From positions 3,906,001 to 3,970,000 of the forward strand of contig JAYWIR010000008.1 of NCBI GenBank assembly GCA_036172245.1: a DNA stretch of 64,000 bases, in the 5' to 3' direction. Positions 13,880-24,508 of this stretch are shown here, piece by piece. Origin of the DNA: Raillietiella orientalis (lineage: Eukaryota). A program made the position numbers and the translations under genes. The number at the start of each line of letters is the position of its first letter. Within the stretch, counting starts at the first letter, position 1. Below the pieces are notes generated by a model that did not search any database, was not told the DNA's origin, and saw only the letters and a list, made by a program, of their open reading frames with translations.

Positions 13880-15262
13880 ATGAAAACTTCCATAGTGCTG
13901 AGCCATGCCGACTTGGAGCGCATCCTGAAATCCCTGCAACCGGACATCGGGGATGCGAGCTCCGCCGTGGGAGGAAAGGTTTCCTCCTCCGAGAAAGCGC
14001 ATCAGTGCAGGAGCACGGCCATGAAGCTGCGCAAGACGATCCTGGAAGCTCAGGAGGCTCGCGTGGAGAGCATGAACAGGCGGAGGGCGCAAGAGCTGCA
14101 GGCGAAGGAGGACGGCCACCTGAGGGAGACGCTGCTGAAGAGGGAGGAGAGGAAGAGGATCCTGGGAGAGGCCGCGAGAGCGCAGCTTCTCAGAACGGAG
14201 AGGTACTGCGCCGTTCGTTCGGCGCTTCAGGCGTCTCTCGTGCTGGAGGAGCAGGAGCTGCAGAGGCGCTCCCGCCGCGCCCGGGCGCTGGAGGACCAGC
14301 AGAAGAGGAGAGAATCGGAGAGGGCGGCCGTCGAGAGGGACTCCCTCGCGGCGAAGCTGACGCGGGAGCGGCAAGAGAGGTGCAGATCGCACTGGGCGGA
14401 TGTTCAGAAGAGGTCCTTCCAGCAGCACCTCGCCGTCCAAGCCGGAAACCGGGAACGAAAAGCGCAGGAGCTGGGAGAGCAGATGGAGCGGAACCGGCGG
14501 GAGACGGCGGCGGAAGAGGAAGAGCGCGAGCTCAAGGCCCTCTCCAAGATCCTCGAAACGAGGAAGAACATGGACCTGAGGGCGAGAGACCTTGCCCTGA
14601 GGACTCTGCACCGCGATCGGAACGCCGCGCTGGACAAGGTCGAGGAGGCGGTCCGCGCCATCGTCCAGGGCCACCAGTCGGCTATCGAAGCTCAGATCAA
14701 GGAGGGAGGACGGAGGCAAGCCCGTGTGCGCCTCTCGAGGACCGGATCGTCACCGAGGCGGGGAGCCCGCCCGACGCCGGAGGGCGGCATTGGCCATCAG
14801 CCCATGGGCTGCGTGATTCCCGAGGCGGAGGAATCCGATAGGAAGGAGAGGTCCCGGCAGCTGGGAGGGGAGTGTCTGAGGTCGCAGCTGGCAGCGATGG
14901 AGAAGCGCAGGACGGCGAGGACGGACTCCGCAACGCGGGCCCGCGAGGAGAGGGCGCTTCTGGAGGAGCTCTCGTGCGAGCAAGAGGAGGAGGAGAGGAG
15001 GGAGCGGGAGGAGGCCAGGCGGAGGCGCCTTTCCCTGGAGAGGCACTGGAGGGAGGAGGCGGAGGCGAAGGCGGAGCGGCAGCGGGTCGAGAGAGACCGG
15101 GATCGGGACCACGTGGGCCACCAGGTCCACCAGGAGAGGAAAGAGGATGAGGACTTCGTCGAAGAGTGCTCCAGGCTCGCGAAGGAGCTGGAGGCTGTGG
15201 GACGCGACTCTCGCCCCCTGCAGAAGGTGCTGCTCTCTTTCGTCCCGAGGAAGGCGGTGTAG
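13880..15262 (+). CDS. Intronless coiled-coil protein, CFAP210/CCDC173-like (trichohyalin-plectin homology family)
   Basis: 460-aa uninterrupted E/R/K/Q-rich ORF. Segments IVLSHADLERILKSL, EERKRILGEAARAQLLRTERYCAVRSALQASLVLEEQELQ and C-terminal DFVEECSRLAKELEAVGRDSRPLQKVL resemble recalled CFAP210 motifs (..RKKAIENAK..QTERVK.FHSGLLLSRVMKERDAQ; ..YIYPLVKAV). Coiled coils can mimic each other, so orthology is tentative. Confidence 0.7.
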   Translation: MKTSIVLSHADLERILKSLQPDIGDASSAVGGKVSSSEKAHQCRSTAMKLRKTILEAQEARVESMNRRRAQELQAKEDGHLRETLLKREERKRILGEAARAQLLRTERYCAVRSALQASLVLEEQELQRRSRRARALEDQQKRRESERAAVERDSLAAKLTRERQERCRSHWADVQKRSFQQHLAVQAGNRERKAQELGEQMERNRRETAAEEEERELKALSKILETRKNMDLRARDLALRTLHRDRNAALDKVEEAVRAIVQGHQSAIEAQIKEGGRRQARVRLSRTGSSPRRGARPTPEGGIGHQPMGCVIPEAEESDRKERSRQLGGECLRSQLAAMEKRRTARTDSATRAREERALLEELSCEQEEEERREREEARRRRLSLERHWREEAEAKAERQRVERDRDRDHVGHQVHQERKEDEDFVEECSRLAKELEAVGRDSRPLQKVLLSFVPRKAV

Positions 15263-17059
15263 CGGGCGCGGCGGCGTTGGCGATGCCCGCAAAAGTTTCC
15301 CCCTCGCTCACGCGCTCGCCCCTGCCCCAAGGGATCGAAATGCACCACCTCCTCGTCCATCTCTCCGGACCCTCCGTTCATTCGCTCCTCCGGGAAGGGG
15401 CCGGCCCCGCAGACTCACGGGATGGCAACGGCGGCGCCCTCCACACGGCACTGAGGGGAGAGGGAAGGATCGACTCACATCCCCTTGGGTCACTCCCGGC
15501 GTCCACTTACCTCGAAAGGTGGGCACCGCGCGGAAGCGGAGCTCAAGGAGTCGAAGAGGGAGCTCCGGGAAGCAGCGGCGGGATGGTGCGGTGTGAGCGG
15601 GGAATCGGGAACCGAGCTCCACCCGTCTGCACAGCTGTCAAAAACGGAAGAAGGCGCCGCGGACGGCGCACAGGCACTGGGTGACCACCGTCGAGAGGTT
15701 CTCGTGACCCAAGGTCGCACCGGCTTCCCCGCGCCGGGGGATGCAGAGCCGGGAAGGGGAGTGGGGGTGACGGCGATCCCAAAGTGCGGCATCCTTCCTT
15801 CTTCCGGATCGAGGTAAGGTCTTCCCGATCCATTCGGGAGCGCCTCCAGGACGCTCCTTGCGAGCCCGGGAGGCGGAATTGGGGGACCGGAAAGAAGGGG
15901 GACCCTGGTCCCCTGAGGGGCGTGACTCCTGCTGTCAGCGGCGAAGGGGGTTGCCGATCCTCCCGTCCAAGCTGCAGCCTGCTCGCGAAGCTCTCTGGAC
16001 CGGGAAGAGGCTCGCGAATTCACGCGCTTCTCGGCGCCTGCGAACCGTCCCAAGGGAAGGCATGGAGGGTTTCGCTCCCGGCGCTGCATCCCGAATCGGG
16101 GGAGCGAAAGGAGGAACCTCATCGGGTGCCAAAAGTTTGGAGGGGAAGATCTCCTGGACCGGCGCGAGGACCAGGATGGAGGGAGGAAGTTCCCTCTGCA
16201 GCTCCCCAGGGATCAGGGAAGATGCGCTGAGGACAGGGGGAGGCAAGCGTCCCGTCTTCGGTGCCCGAAATGTCTCGCTGCTTTCCGGAAAGGTCGACTG
16301 CAGACCGTTGCTCCCGCCTCCATCGATCACCCCCTCCCGTCAGCATGGCTTGAAGACGCTCCTTTTTTGTTTTTAACGCGGAACCTGAAGGGCGGGCAAA
16401 GGTCAAAAGGGCCCTCCGAAGAAAAAGGCGGTGGGGGAGGAAGTCTCTGGCCGGACTAAACAGGGCTAAACGGAAAGTGATCGCTTCCCAGGCGCAGCCA
16501 CTCGCTGCTCTGAGGTTGACTGCACAGCCTTCTTTCTCGTACCTCCCGCCCTCTTCCTTGATGTCCCCCTTCAAGATGGCCGGCGCGTGCGTGGGCGGGG
16601 AGACCATGCCAGGGACGCTCGTTCGAGAGGGAGAGAGGAGGAGGTGGAAAAAAAAAAAAAAAAAAAAAAAAAAAGAAGTCCCTGCAGATCCACTTCTGTT
16701 GGCCTTCAGGGCTCGGGAACACCCTCATTATCTTCAACAACTCCTTATCTCTTGTTCTCCGGTCCATTTGTTACCATGCAACTTGATTTTAATTGTCGCA
16801 GTCCATTTGCGTTGCGCTCAAACGAGAGGGCGCTGCACCGCGTCGCCAAGCAGGGCGTTACCTACCGGCTCTTGGAGACGGAGCCGCCGCCGCCGCGGAG
16901 GTGCGCGCGCGCTCCGGTCTGCCCCTGCAGCTCGACCCCTTCTCACGCCCGCGAGCTGCTGCGCCGCGAAAGAGAAAGTTCGCGGGGAGGGGCTAAGGAA
17001 AAATCGCTGGCGCGCGTCAGCCGACAGATGGGCTGGGGCGACCGCGCGGCAAGCAGTTT

Positions 17060-17270
17060 GAGGATGAGGACGAAGGGGGCGAAGGAAGGAAAAGGGAGGA
17101 GGAGGGAGGGAAGAGGAAGAGGAGGACGAGGATGAAGGGGGAGGAGGAGAAAGAGGAAAAAGGGAGAAGGAAAGGGGGGAAGGGGGTATGATGACGGTGG
17201 AGAGGAAGAGGAAGAAAGGGAGAATGAATGGGAAGGGGAGGAAGAAGGGGAGAGGAGCAGAAGGATCGAG
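17060..17270 (+). repeat. Polypurine (GA-rich) low-complexity tract
   Basis: About 200 nt almost entirely A/G on the + strand (gaggaggagaaagaggaaaaagggagaagg...). Confidence 0.85.
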
Positions 17271-18149
17271 AGAGCGACGCGCACGCAGTCTCTTGGAGGC
17301 GGGAAGGAAGCCATCCCGAAAAAAAGGTCAGCTGGCCGAAGCCTCCTTTCTAGCTTGCAGATCTCAGAAGGTGTCCTGCGGCTACCGTCATCCCCACCCG
17401 CGTCACGATCCGAACCCACCGACCGAAAAGGTAAGCCCCTGCCCCTCTCCGCAGCGTGTCACTCGCTGTGTCTCCCCCTCCTTCCCAGATACGAAAAATC
17501 CTTCGGTCTGGAGGGATGAAGGGGCCTTCCTTTTCTCCACGTGGCATCAGGGGTGAGGCAGCATCCAAAGCTCCCCTTCCATCCTTCGCTGGATGCCCGG
17601 ATCTTGTGTCCGCGCGGGCAGCAGGGAAGGGGGGACGGTTACCTTATGGGAGAGGTAACAGCCTCTCGAAACAGCCGTCGCCGTGGGCAAAGCGAGCCAC
17701 CCTCGACCACCACGCCAAGGAGCCGCTCCTCTGCTGTTCGCTGAAGCGCTCTGCTGGAGCTCCACTTCACACTTCGGGAGGGAACTTCCGATCTTTCCTT
17801 GCCGGGTTCACACCGGGGGACGCTGCATCCCCTAACGGAAAAGAGGCTGCTGCAGTCCCATCGAAGGCTGAAGACTCGGCGCGACTAGGGCAAAGCGGAA
17901 GGAGCCCTGCAGAGATGTCGGAGGATCCTGAGCGGAGACAGAGGTCAAAGGTCGGTCTTTGAGTGAGCGGCGCCGAAGATCGCATCTGGAAACTCCATGG
18001 TAAGCTCTTGCATGGAGAAGAGGTCGCCTCCTGGTCGGAGGCCTTGTGGTTAAGGCTTCCGCGCGTGGCACCATGCGTCGCGGGTTCGAATACTTCGGCA
18101 GATAACTGACGCCACTGCGTCGCTGGGTTCCGAGTTTCTCCTGCAAGAT

Positions 18150-19680
18150 GGTGCTGGTGGGCCGAGACATTCGGGCGTGGCACCGGCAGTGGATAAAACC
18201 GGAGGCCTCCCGATGAAGGCCGGAACAATGGGAGTCGACCTTCGGGTCCTCCCAGGAATCAAGGAGTGGGAAGTTCCCCCTCCTGTGTGCAAAGGAGAGT
18301 GGACCCCCCTCACCGGGGGACCGCCTCCGGTTTCAAGATGGGGCAGGAGCCCTCACGGGCACCTCTCCAGTTGTTCAAAGGAGCGGACCCCCCTGTTGGG
18401 GGGTCCCTCCGAGTCGTCGCCTCTTCACAGAGTGCACAAGGAAGCAAGCGAGAGCGATTCCCTGAGGGAAGCTGCAGCGCCCCTTCTGAGTTTCGGAAGC
18501 GCCCCTTCGGGGTTCTCTTCAGAGGAGTGCACAGGAGCAGTTCCCTTGAGGGTTCCCTCCGGAGAAGAAATTTCTACAAGCGGATCCTTTCCGGGTTCCC
18601 TTCGGAGAAGATGAAATGGAGAGGGCCATCCCCCCTCCTGGGGGGGGGTGTCCCTCCTGTGAGAATGAGGAAGGATATTTCCTTCGGGGTTCCCCTTCGT
18701 TGATAACTAGGGTGGGAGGTGCGATCCTCCCCGGATGGGGGAATCCTTTTCGAAGAGTGAGAGGAACGGACTCCAAGCCCTTCCTGGATTCATAGGGCGG
18801 ACCACTCCATCCCGGAGTGCCCCTATCCTGAAGAATTTACACGCCCTCCCTTGCGGGCTGCCGCAGGCGGAGTGGCGTGTGGACAAAACAGTGTTTAAAA
18901 GGGCCACGTTCGCCGCGAGGCATGCAACCGGCTCTTGAGGCGCACTTAGCGGACTAAAAAAAAAAGAAAACCCTAAGAAAAAAAAAGTAAACAGCGTTGC
19001 CGGGAGGAGGAGCTCCACGAAGGAGGGACCGGGAAGTGGGGTGTCCGAGGACGACAGCAAGGATACTTCTCGGGAGGAAGGAACAGAAAAAATGGCGATC
19101 TTTCCCTCAAAAACTGTCTCCTACCTCAACAGCCTCGAAGAGAGGATTTTCAGACCTTTGTGAAGGGAATCACGTGGCTGACCTTTTGATACAACAGGGA
19201 AGGGAGGCAGCTGTCTCCTCACCGCTGCCCACCCGCTCACGCCGGAACCACGTCTCTTCGGCTGCAGGTGGATGCCAGTGCGGCGGAAAGAAGGCGCCGA
19301 CTGCCTTCTTCCCGTCCCGAGGATTTCCAGGAGGTGCCGGGACTTCTTCCCTTCCGCAGAAACCACGTGTATCCGAGGGAAGAAGCGGAGAAAGAGCGAG
19401 ACACGGACGTAGTGGAAGACATGAGGCTCCCTCAATGCCCATTTCACCCCATCTTTTCCTCCAGCAGGTTCGACACTCTTGAGGAGGGTAGCGGTCAGGG
19501 AGACTCGAACCCCCCTCCCTCAGGGTCTCAATATCCGTGATGGACGGTGGGTTTTTCTGAACAGGGGACGCTGTCCCGTCCTTGACCCTATTCTCCGTGG
19601 TCCTTGGACTCGCACAATGGTCTCAGCTTCGGCGCCCAGACCCCGGGACATCTCGTGGACAGGCTGAGTAGCACTCGACC
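18150..19680 (+). mobile_element. Decayed Tx1/L1-like non-LTR retrotransposon fragments (shared module, ORF1-like and endonuclease-like pieces)
   Basis: 18470-18960 is similar by eye to 36240-36720 and 33230-33430 (e.g. cccttctgag..ggaagcgccccttcggggttctcttcagagga..acaggagc). An ORF1-like HVADLLIQQG segment lies at ~19170, and an APE-like piece at ~19550 resembles 32920-33010. Frameshifts and stops throughout; boundaries approximate. Confidence 0.5.
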
Positions 19681-20029
19681 CAGGGGAGACGGGAGGGGAA
19701 AGAAGTTAGGGTGAGAAAAAAGAAGAGGGTGCGCACGCCTTGTTGTCGTACCACCGCAGTGGCAGCAGCACCTCCAAGAGGGAGGTTGCCGAGTTCCGGG
19801 AAAGTCGCCCTCTTCGCGGGTAGGGAAGAAAGAGTAGATTGAGGAAGAGAGGGGGGTAGGGGAGTGAGCACGACGAGGATCGCAGGAAGGTGCAAGGGCA
19901 TGGGGCGAGCTCTCCGCGAAAGAGGGCAGAGGGTAGAGAGGTCGCACATTGGCCTGCCTCTGGGCTCAGATGAGGGAGAGGGAGAGGGGAGCGTTGTGTT
20001 CCATTGGAGAGGAAATCATTTCAAACCTC

Positions 20030-20900
20030 TACCATGAAGAGGAAGACAAAGACGCTGCGACTTGGGACCTGATTAACCCTCACCAGTCTTAACCTCCACC
20101 GATGGGATGGAACGCGTGGGACTCGCTTTTCCCTGCTCCTCCTCTTTCTGCGTGAAACTGCGGAGGGACATGAAAAAAGAGGAACCCAACCAATCTGAGG
20201 CCGAATGCTTTCAGAATGCTTCCAGGGACAGCTCAAAGGCCGACAAAAGGGTTGGTGTTCCGAGGGCTGGTGATCGGAGTTCAGCGGCCTCTTCGCTCTT
20301 CCCGTCCATTCCGATCGTGATCTCTGGAGGAGGATGGGAGGTGGCGGCAGAAGAAACGGCTCGCCCGCCAGAGCTTCTCCGTTTTCCAGAAACTTTCGCA
20401 CTCCGAAGGGCTCCCTGGAAGGTTCCTGGAAGTGCCTGAAAGGGCGTCCTCCTTTCCAGAGCGGCGATCCGAGGACGCGTGCACACCGGAGATCGCGGCC
20501 AGCATGGAACTCGCCCAGGAAGAAGGAGATGCGGTCTTCCCGCTCTCTCGGTCGGGGAGAGGAGCAGGCCGGAAGGGTTCCTGTCCCCCGCGTGTCTCGG
20601 AGGGGTCCTGCCGGAGACTAAAAGGCAGGAAGGTCCCGGGTCCAGTCTTGGGGACAGCCTCCGGCCTCTCCCGCATCTTCCGGGTCGTCCGTGGTCGCCG
20701 GTCCCGCGCGCGCGTCGCCGAAGAGAACCGCGTGGCGGGCGAGCTGGACCCGACGCGGCACTGCAGCGGCGGCCTCGTCGGGAGGGAGTGTGCGGCCAGC
20801 TACCTTCCTTCTCTCCCCTGGGACTCTGGCCTTCGCTCGATTCTTTGACCGAAGAAGGCCGGAGGAGAGGTGGACTCTTTTCTACTGGTTACCTTTGATG
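20030..20900 (+). mobile_element. Possible decayed APE-endonuclease fragment of an RTE-like LINE
   Basis: MKRKTKTLRLGT* resembles the RTE endonuclease start (LRIGTWNV). Later pieces LRET, RVGV and VDSFLLV resemble further EN motifs. Heavily disrupted. Confidence 0.3.
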
Positions 20901-21364
20901 TCAGAGACCACACCAAACGAGGAAGATCCGGCGGCGAACCGCTCCTCGGAGAGTGGACCTCGTCCGCAGTGCTAACTCGTGTATATGGCGTCCTCTTTAC
21001 CCGGCTGAGGAATCCCTGGTGGCGATCCCTGGAGTCGGTCCTTTTCGTCCACTGCCTACGGATATGGATGGTCGCATCGCGAAGTCCTAATCGAGAGCTG
21101 CCAGTCTCATCTTCCCGCAAGAGCACTTCTGGTACATCGCACCAGCACTAGTAAGCGAAGGTGGCGCTGGACTGCTTTTTGGAACGGGATATAATGCCTA
21201 GGGCCTTAGGGGGAGGGAGATGATAAGCGGGATCAGAAGATGAAAATCCACATCGGCTGAGGGTGCTCCGACGGGTGTCCGCTGCCGCTGAGTCCACTGC
21301 TCCCGGTCTGCATTAAGAATCGGTGGGCGGACCATCAGCACTTAGAGGTCACGAAGGAGAACCA
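20247..21364. repeat. Long inverted repeat, left arm (1118 bp)
   Basis: Reverse complement of 23391-24508; position x pairs with 44755-x. The track shows mirrored ORFs (20870..21151+ = 23604..23885-; 20432..20848+ = 23907..24323-). Two substitutions seen. Confidence 0.97.
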
Positions 21365-22299
21365 GAAGGCGGAAGGGGATGTGGATGACCCCCCTGCTCC
21401 CGCGAGTCTTCGTGTAGAGCTCTCTTCATCGGCTTCCCCAGGATGACTCAGGAACGAATCCTTCGACGTCCTTCCTGAGAAGACGCTCCCCAGATGACCT
21501 CGATTCAAGATGCGATCTGGTCGCAACCACACCACATGTTGACATGCCGACGTGCGATCTTGCGATCCTTCTGAAATCTGGAATCCGGATCGGGAGGATC
21601 CTCGGCACTCGTCAGCGTCTTCAACCCACTTCGTCCTGGCGCGCACCCGCACGCTGATCACGTGACAGTGCGGTCCAGGAATTCTCGTCGATCACGTGAC
21701 GTCCGTGCCGGGGCCGCCAAGTTCTATTCTTTGCCTTCCCCTCCGAAATGGAAAGAATAGAGAAGGCGAAACGCATCCCAGGACGTCCATCATTTCATCC
21801 CGGGAACCGTCATTCGTCGGAGATGACGATGATGGGGAAGTAACGTCAAACCTGGAAACATCCGGGAGCAGCATGGGAAAGCTCATCATGAGAGGCGCAG
21901 AAGGAGATGGAAACTTTCGCTCATTCTGGGAAGTCCTCCCGTCACTCGGGAAAGTGGGGAACGAAGGCTGGAATTGCATCGTCACGACCGCGTGAATAAG
22001 GGGAGAGGAGGAGAGGGAGGGGAAAGGAAGGGGGCTGATAGAGGTGGTGGCAAATTCATCTGCAGCGCCGGCGAGTGTTACCGGTCGAGGCTGCCTGGGT
22101 GGAAGCGGAGCTACCGGCTCGGAAGGGGTGGAGTCTCATGCAGCCAGAGAGGGAGGTAAAACCCCGGGGAGCTCCGGACAACGACGCTTCCGGCTCGAAG
22201 GCAGAGTCCTTCCTCTGGTCCCCCAGCTGGTGACGTCAGAGTGCCAGCACCCGAAGCGTGCCTTTCGAGAGAACGCGTTCAGGCTGGAGCTGCTGGAGA

Positions 22300-22800
22300 A
22301 GAGAAGTTCGGTCCGGACGGCTCTGCCGCGGAACGGCGGTGGCGCTCGCCTCGCGTCTGGGAGCCCCCCGCGGGAGGAGACGGAAAACACCTCAAGCCAG
22401 CCCTCCAGTCGACGTTGTGGACCCAGAAAGCGCTCCCAAGAAGCAGATGCCCTGGAGTGGAGAAGGACGCTGCGTCGAGGAGCTGCTGTCTGCGTGGCGA
22501 GGACCCACCGCGACAAGCTAGAGTTCAAGGTAACCAACCTGACCGCCATCCCAAGGCATCGCCGAGCCCCCACCCCCGCGCGTCTTCTGTTCCGCTGAGA
22601 CCAAGGCGAAGCTCTGCACCAACTGCCCGGAGGATACCCCATGGAGACGCAATGTCCCCAGAGTCAGCGGAAAATGCTGCTCGCGCGCGTTCTCCAGGAG
22701 GACGAGGTGACCAAGGTACCGGGGTGCGCCATCACCCCAAGGTGAAGCTGGGCAGGAAGATCAGGATGAGAGGGTTGCAGCGTGGAGCAACTTCCTGGCG
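22300..22800 (+). mobile_element. Decayed LINE ORF1 (gag-like) fragment in the inverted-repeat spacer
   Basis: Broken zinc-knuckle-like translation (AKLCTNCPED..CP..GKCC) preceded by an ..IP.. segment typical of Tx1-type ORF1. Confidence 0.35.
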
Positions 22801-23390
22801 AGTGGCTCGGAGACCCGAGCAAGCCGCAACACCTCAGACAGCATCAGAGCTCACGCAGGGAGGTCGAAAGTCCTGAAGAAGAAGAGGAAGGAGGAGCAGG
22901 GAAGGGCGCGCGTGCGCTCCCGGCCTCCGGCTCCCCTCCCTCTCTGGGACACTGGGAACCACCCACCCGCTGACAAACTGACGAAGTTCTAGCCCCTGAG
23001 GAGAATTCCGCGGTTCTGACCCTGCGCTCCCTTTCGATGAAAGGCGCCGCGGCTTCCCCGATCGCCCCACGTGGAAGGAGGGTGGGGTGGTGGGGTGAGG
23101 AGCAGCGAGGAGGCGGTCCGGATGGTGCCTCGTGGCTTCTCGCGAAGCTCCCGTCCTTCCACCACGCCCTCTGAGGAAGGGGAATTGGACGCTTCATCTC
23201 TCCCTCTTTCTCGAGTCAGGACGGCTTTGGATCGGCTACAGACCCTTTGGGATGCTGGTTCCTCCCTCGACCCTCCTCCTAGAAGAACTTGTGGGTTGCG
23301 AGGTTCACGCCGATCTCACGAGTGTTTCGGTTTGCGCCTCCCTGAAGACCCCGGCTGATGGTTCCAGAAAGCAGAGCCATCCGTGCGGAG

Positions 23391-24508
23391 TGGTTCTCCT
23401 TCGTGACCTCTAAGTGCTGATGGTCCGCCCACCGATTCTTAATGCAGACCGGGAGCAGTGGACTCAGCGGCAGCGGACACCCGTCGGAGCACCCTCAGCC
23501 GATGTGGATTTTCATCTTCTGATCCCGCTTATCATCTCCCTCCCCCTAAGGCCCTAGGCATTATATCCCGTTCCAAAAAGCAGTCCAGCGCCACCTTCGC
23601 TTACTAGTGCTGGTGCGATGTACCAGAAGTGCTCTTGCGGGAAGATGAGACTGGCAGCTCTCGATTAGGACTTCGCGATGCGACCATCCATATCCGTAGG
23701 CAGTGGACGAAAAGGACCGACTCCAGGGATCGCCACCAGGGATTCCTCAGCCGGGTAAAGAGGACGCCATATACACGAGTTAGCACTGCGGACGAGGTCC
23801 ACTCTCCGAGGAGCGGTTCGCCGCCGGATCTTCCTCGTTTGGTGTGGTCTCTGACATCAAAGGTAACCAGTAGAAAAGAGTCCACCTCTCCTCCGGCCTT
23901 CTTCGGTCAAAGAATCGAGCGAAGGCCAGAGTCCCAGGGGAGAGAAGGAAGGTAGCTGGCCGCACACTCCCTCCCGACGAGGCCGCCGCTGCAGTGCCGC
24001 GTCGGGTCCAGCTCGCCCGCCACGCGGTTCTCTTCGGCGACGCGCGCGCGGGACCGGCGACCACGGACGACCCGGAAGATGCGGGAGAGGCCGGAGGCTG
24101 TCCCCAAGACTGGACCCGGGACCTTCCTGCCTTTTAGTCTCCGGCAGGACCCCTCCGAGACACGCGGGGGACAGGAACCCTTCCGGCCTGCTCCTCTCCC
24201 CGACCGAGAGAGCGGGAAGACCGCATCTCCTTCTTCCTGGGCGAGTTCCATGCTGGCCGCGATCTCCGGTGTGCACGCGTCCTCGGATCGCCGCTCTGGA
24301 AAGGAGGACGCCCTTTCAGGCACTTCCAGGAACCTTCCAGGGAGCTCTTCGGAGTGCGAAAGTTTCTGGAAAACGGAGAAGCTCTGGCGGGCGAGCCGTT
24401 TCTTCTGCCGCCACCTCCCATCCTCCTCCAGAGATCACGATCGGAATGGACGGGAAGAGCGAAGAGGCCGCTGAACTCCGATCACCAACCCTCGGAACAC
24501 CAACCCTT
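23391..24508. repeat. Long inverted repeat, right arm (1118 bp)
   Basis: Starts tggttctccttcgtgacctctaag and ends cggaacaccaaccctt; reverse complement of 20247-21364. Confidence 0.97.

Noticed and set aside
13730..14841. Long overlapping ORFs (329 aa minus, 278 aa plus) over the CFAP210-like gene
   Set aside because: Shadow frames of a GC-rich coding sequence, with no recognisable domains.
19490..19530. tRNA T-arm/B-box-like GGTTCGAGTCTCC on the minus strand
   Set aside because: No A-box, D-arm or acceptor stem; it lies within a retroelement remnant.
20247..24508. Inverted repeat as the TIRs of an autonomous DNA transposon
   Set aside because: No TSD, no recognisable terminal motif and no transposase in the spacer; kept as an inverted duplication.
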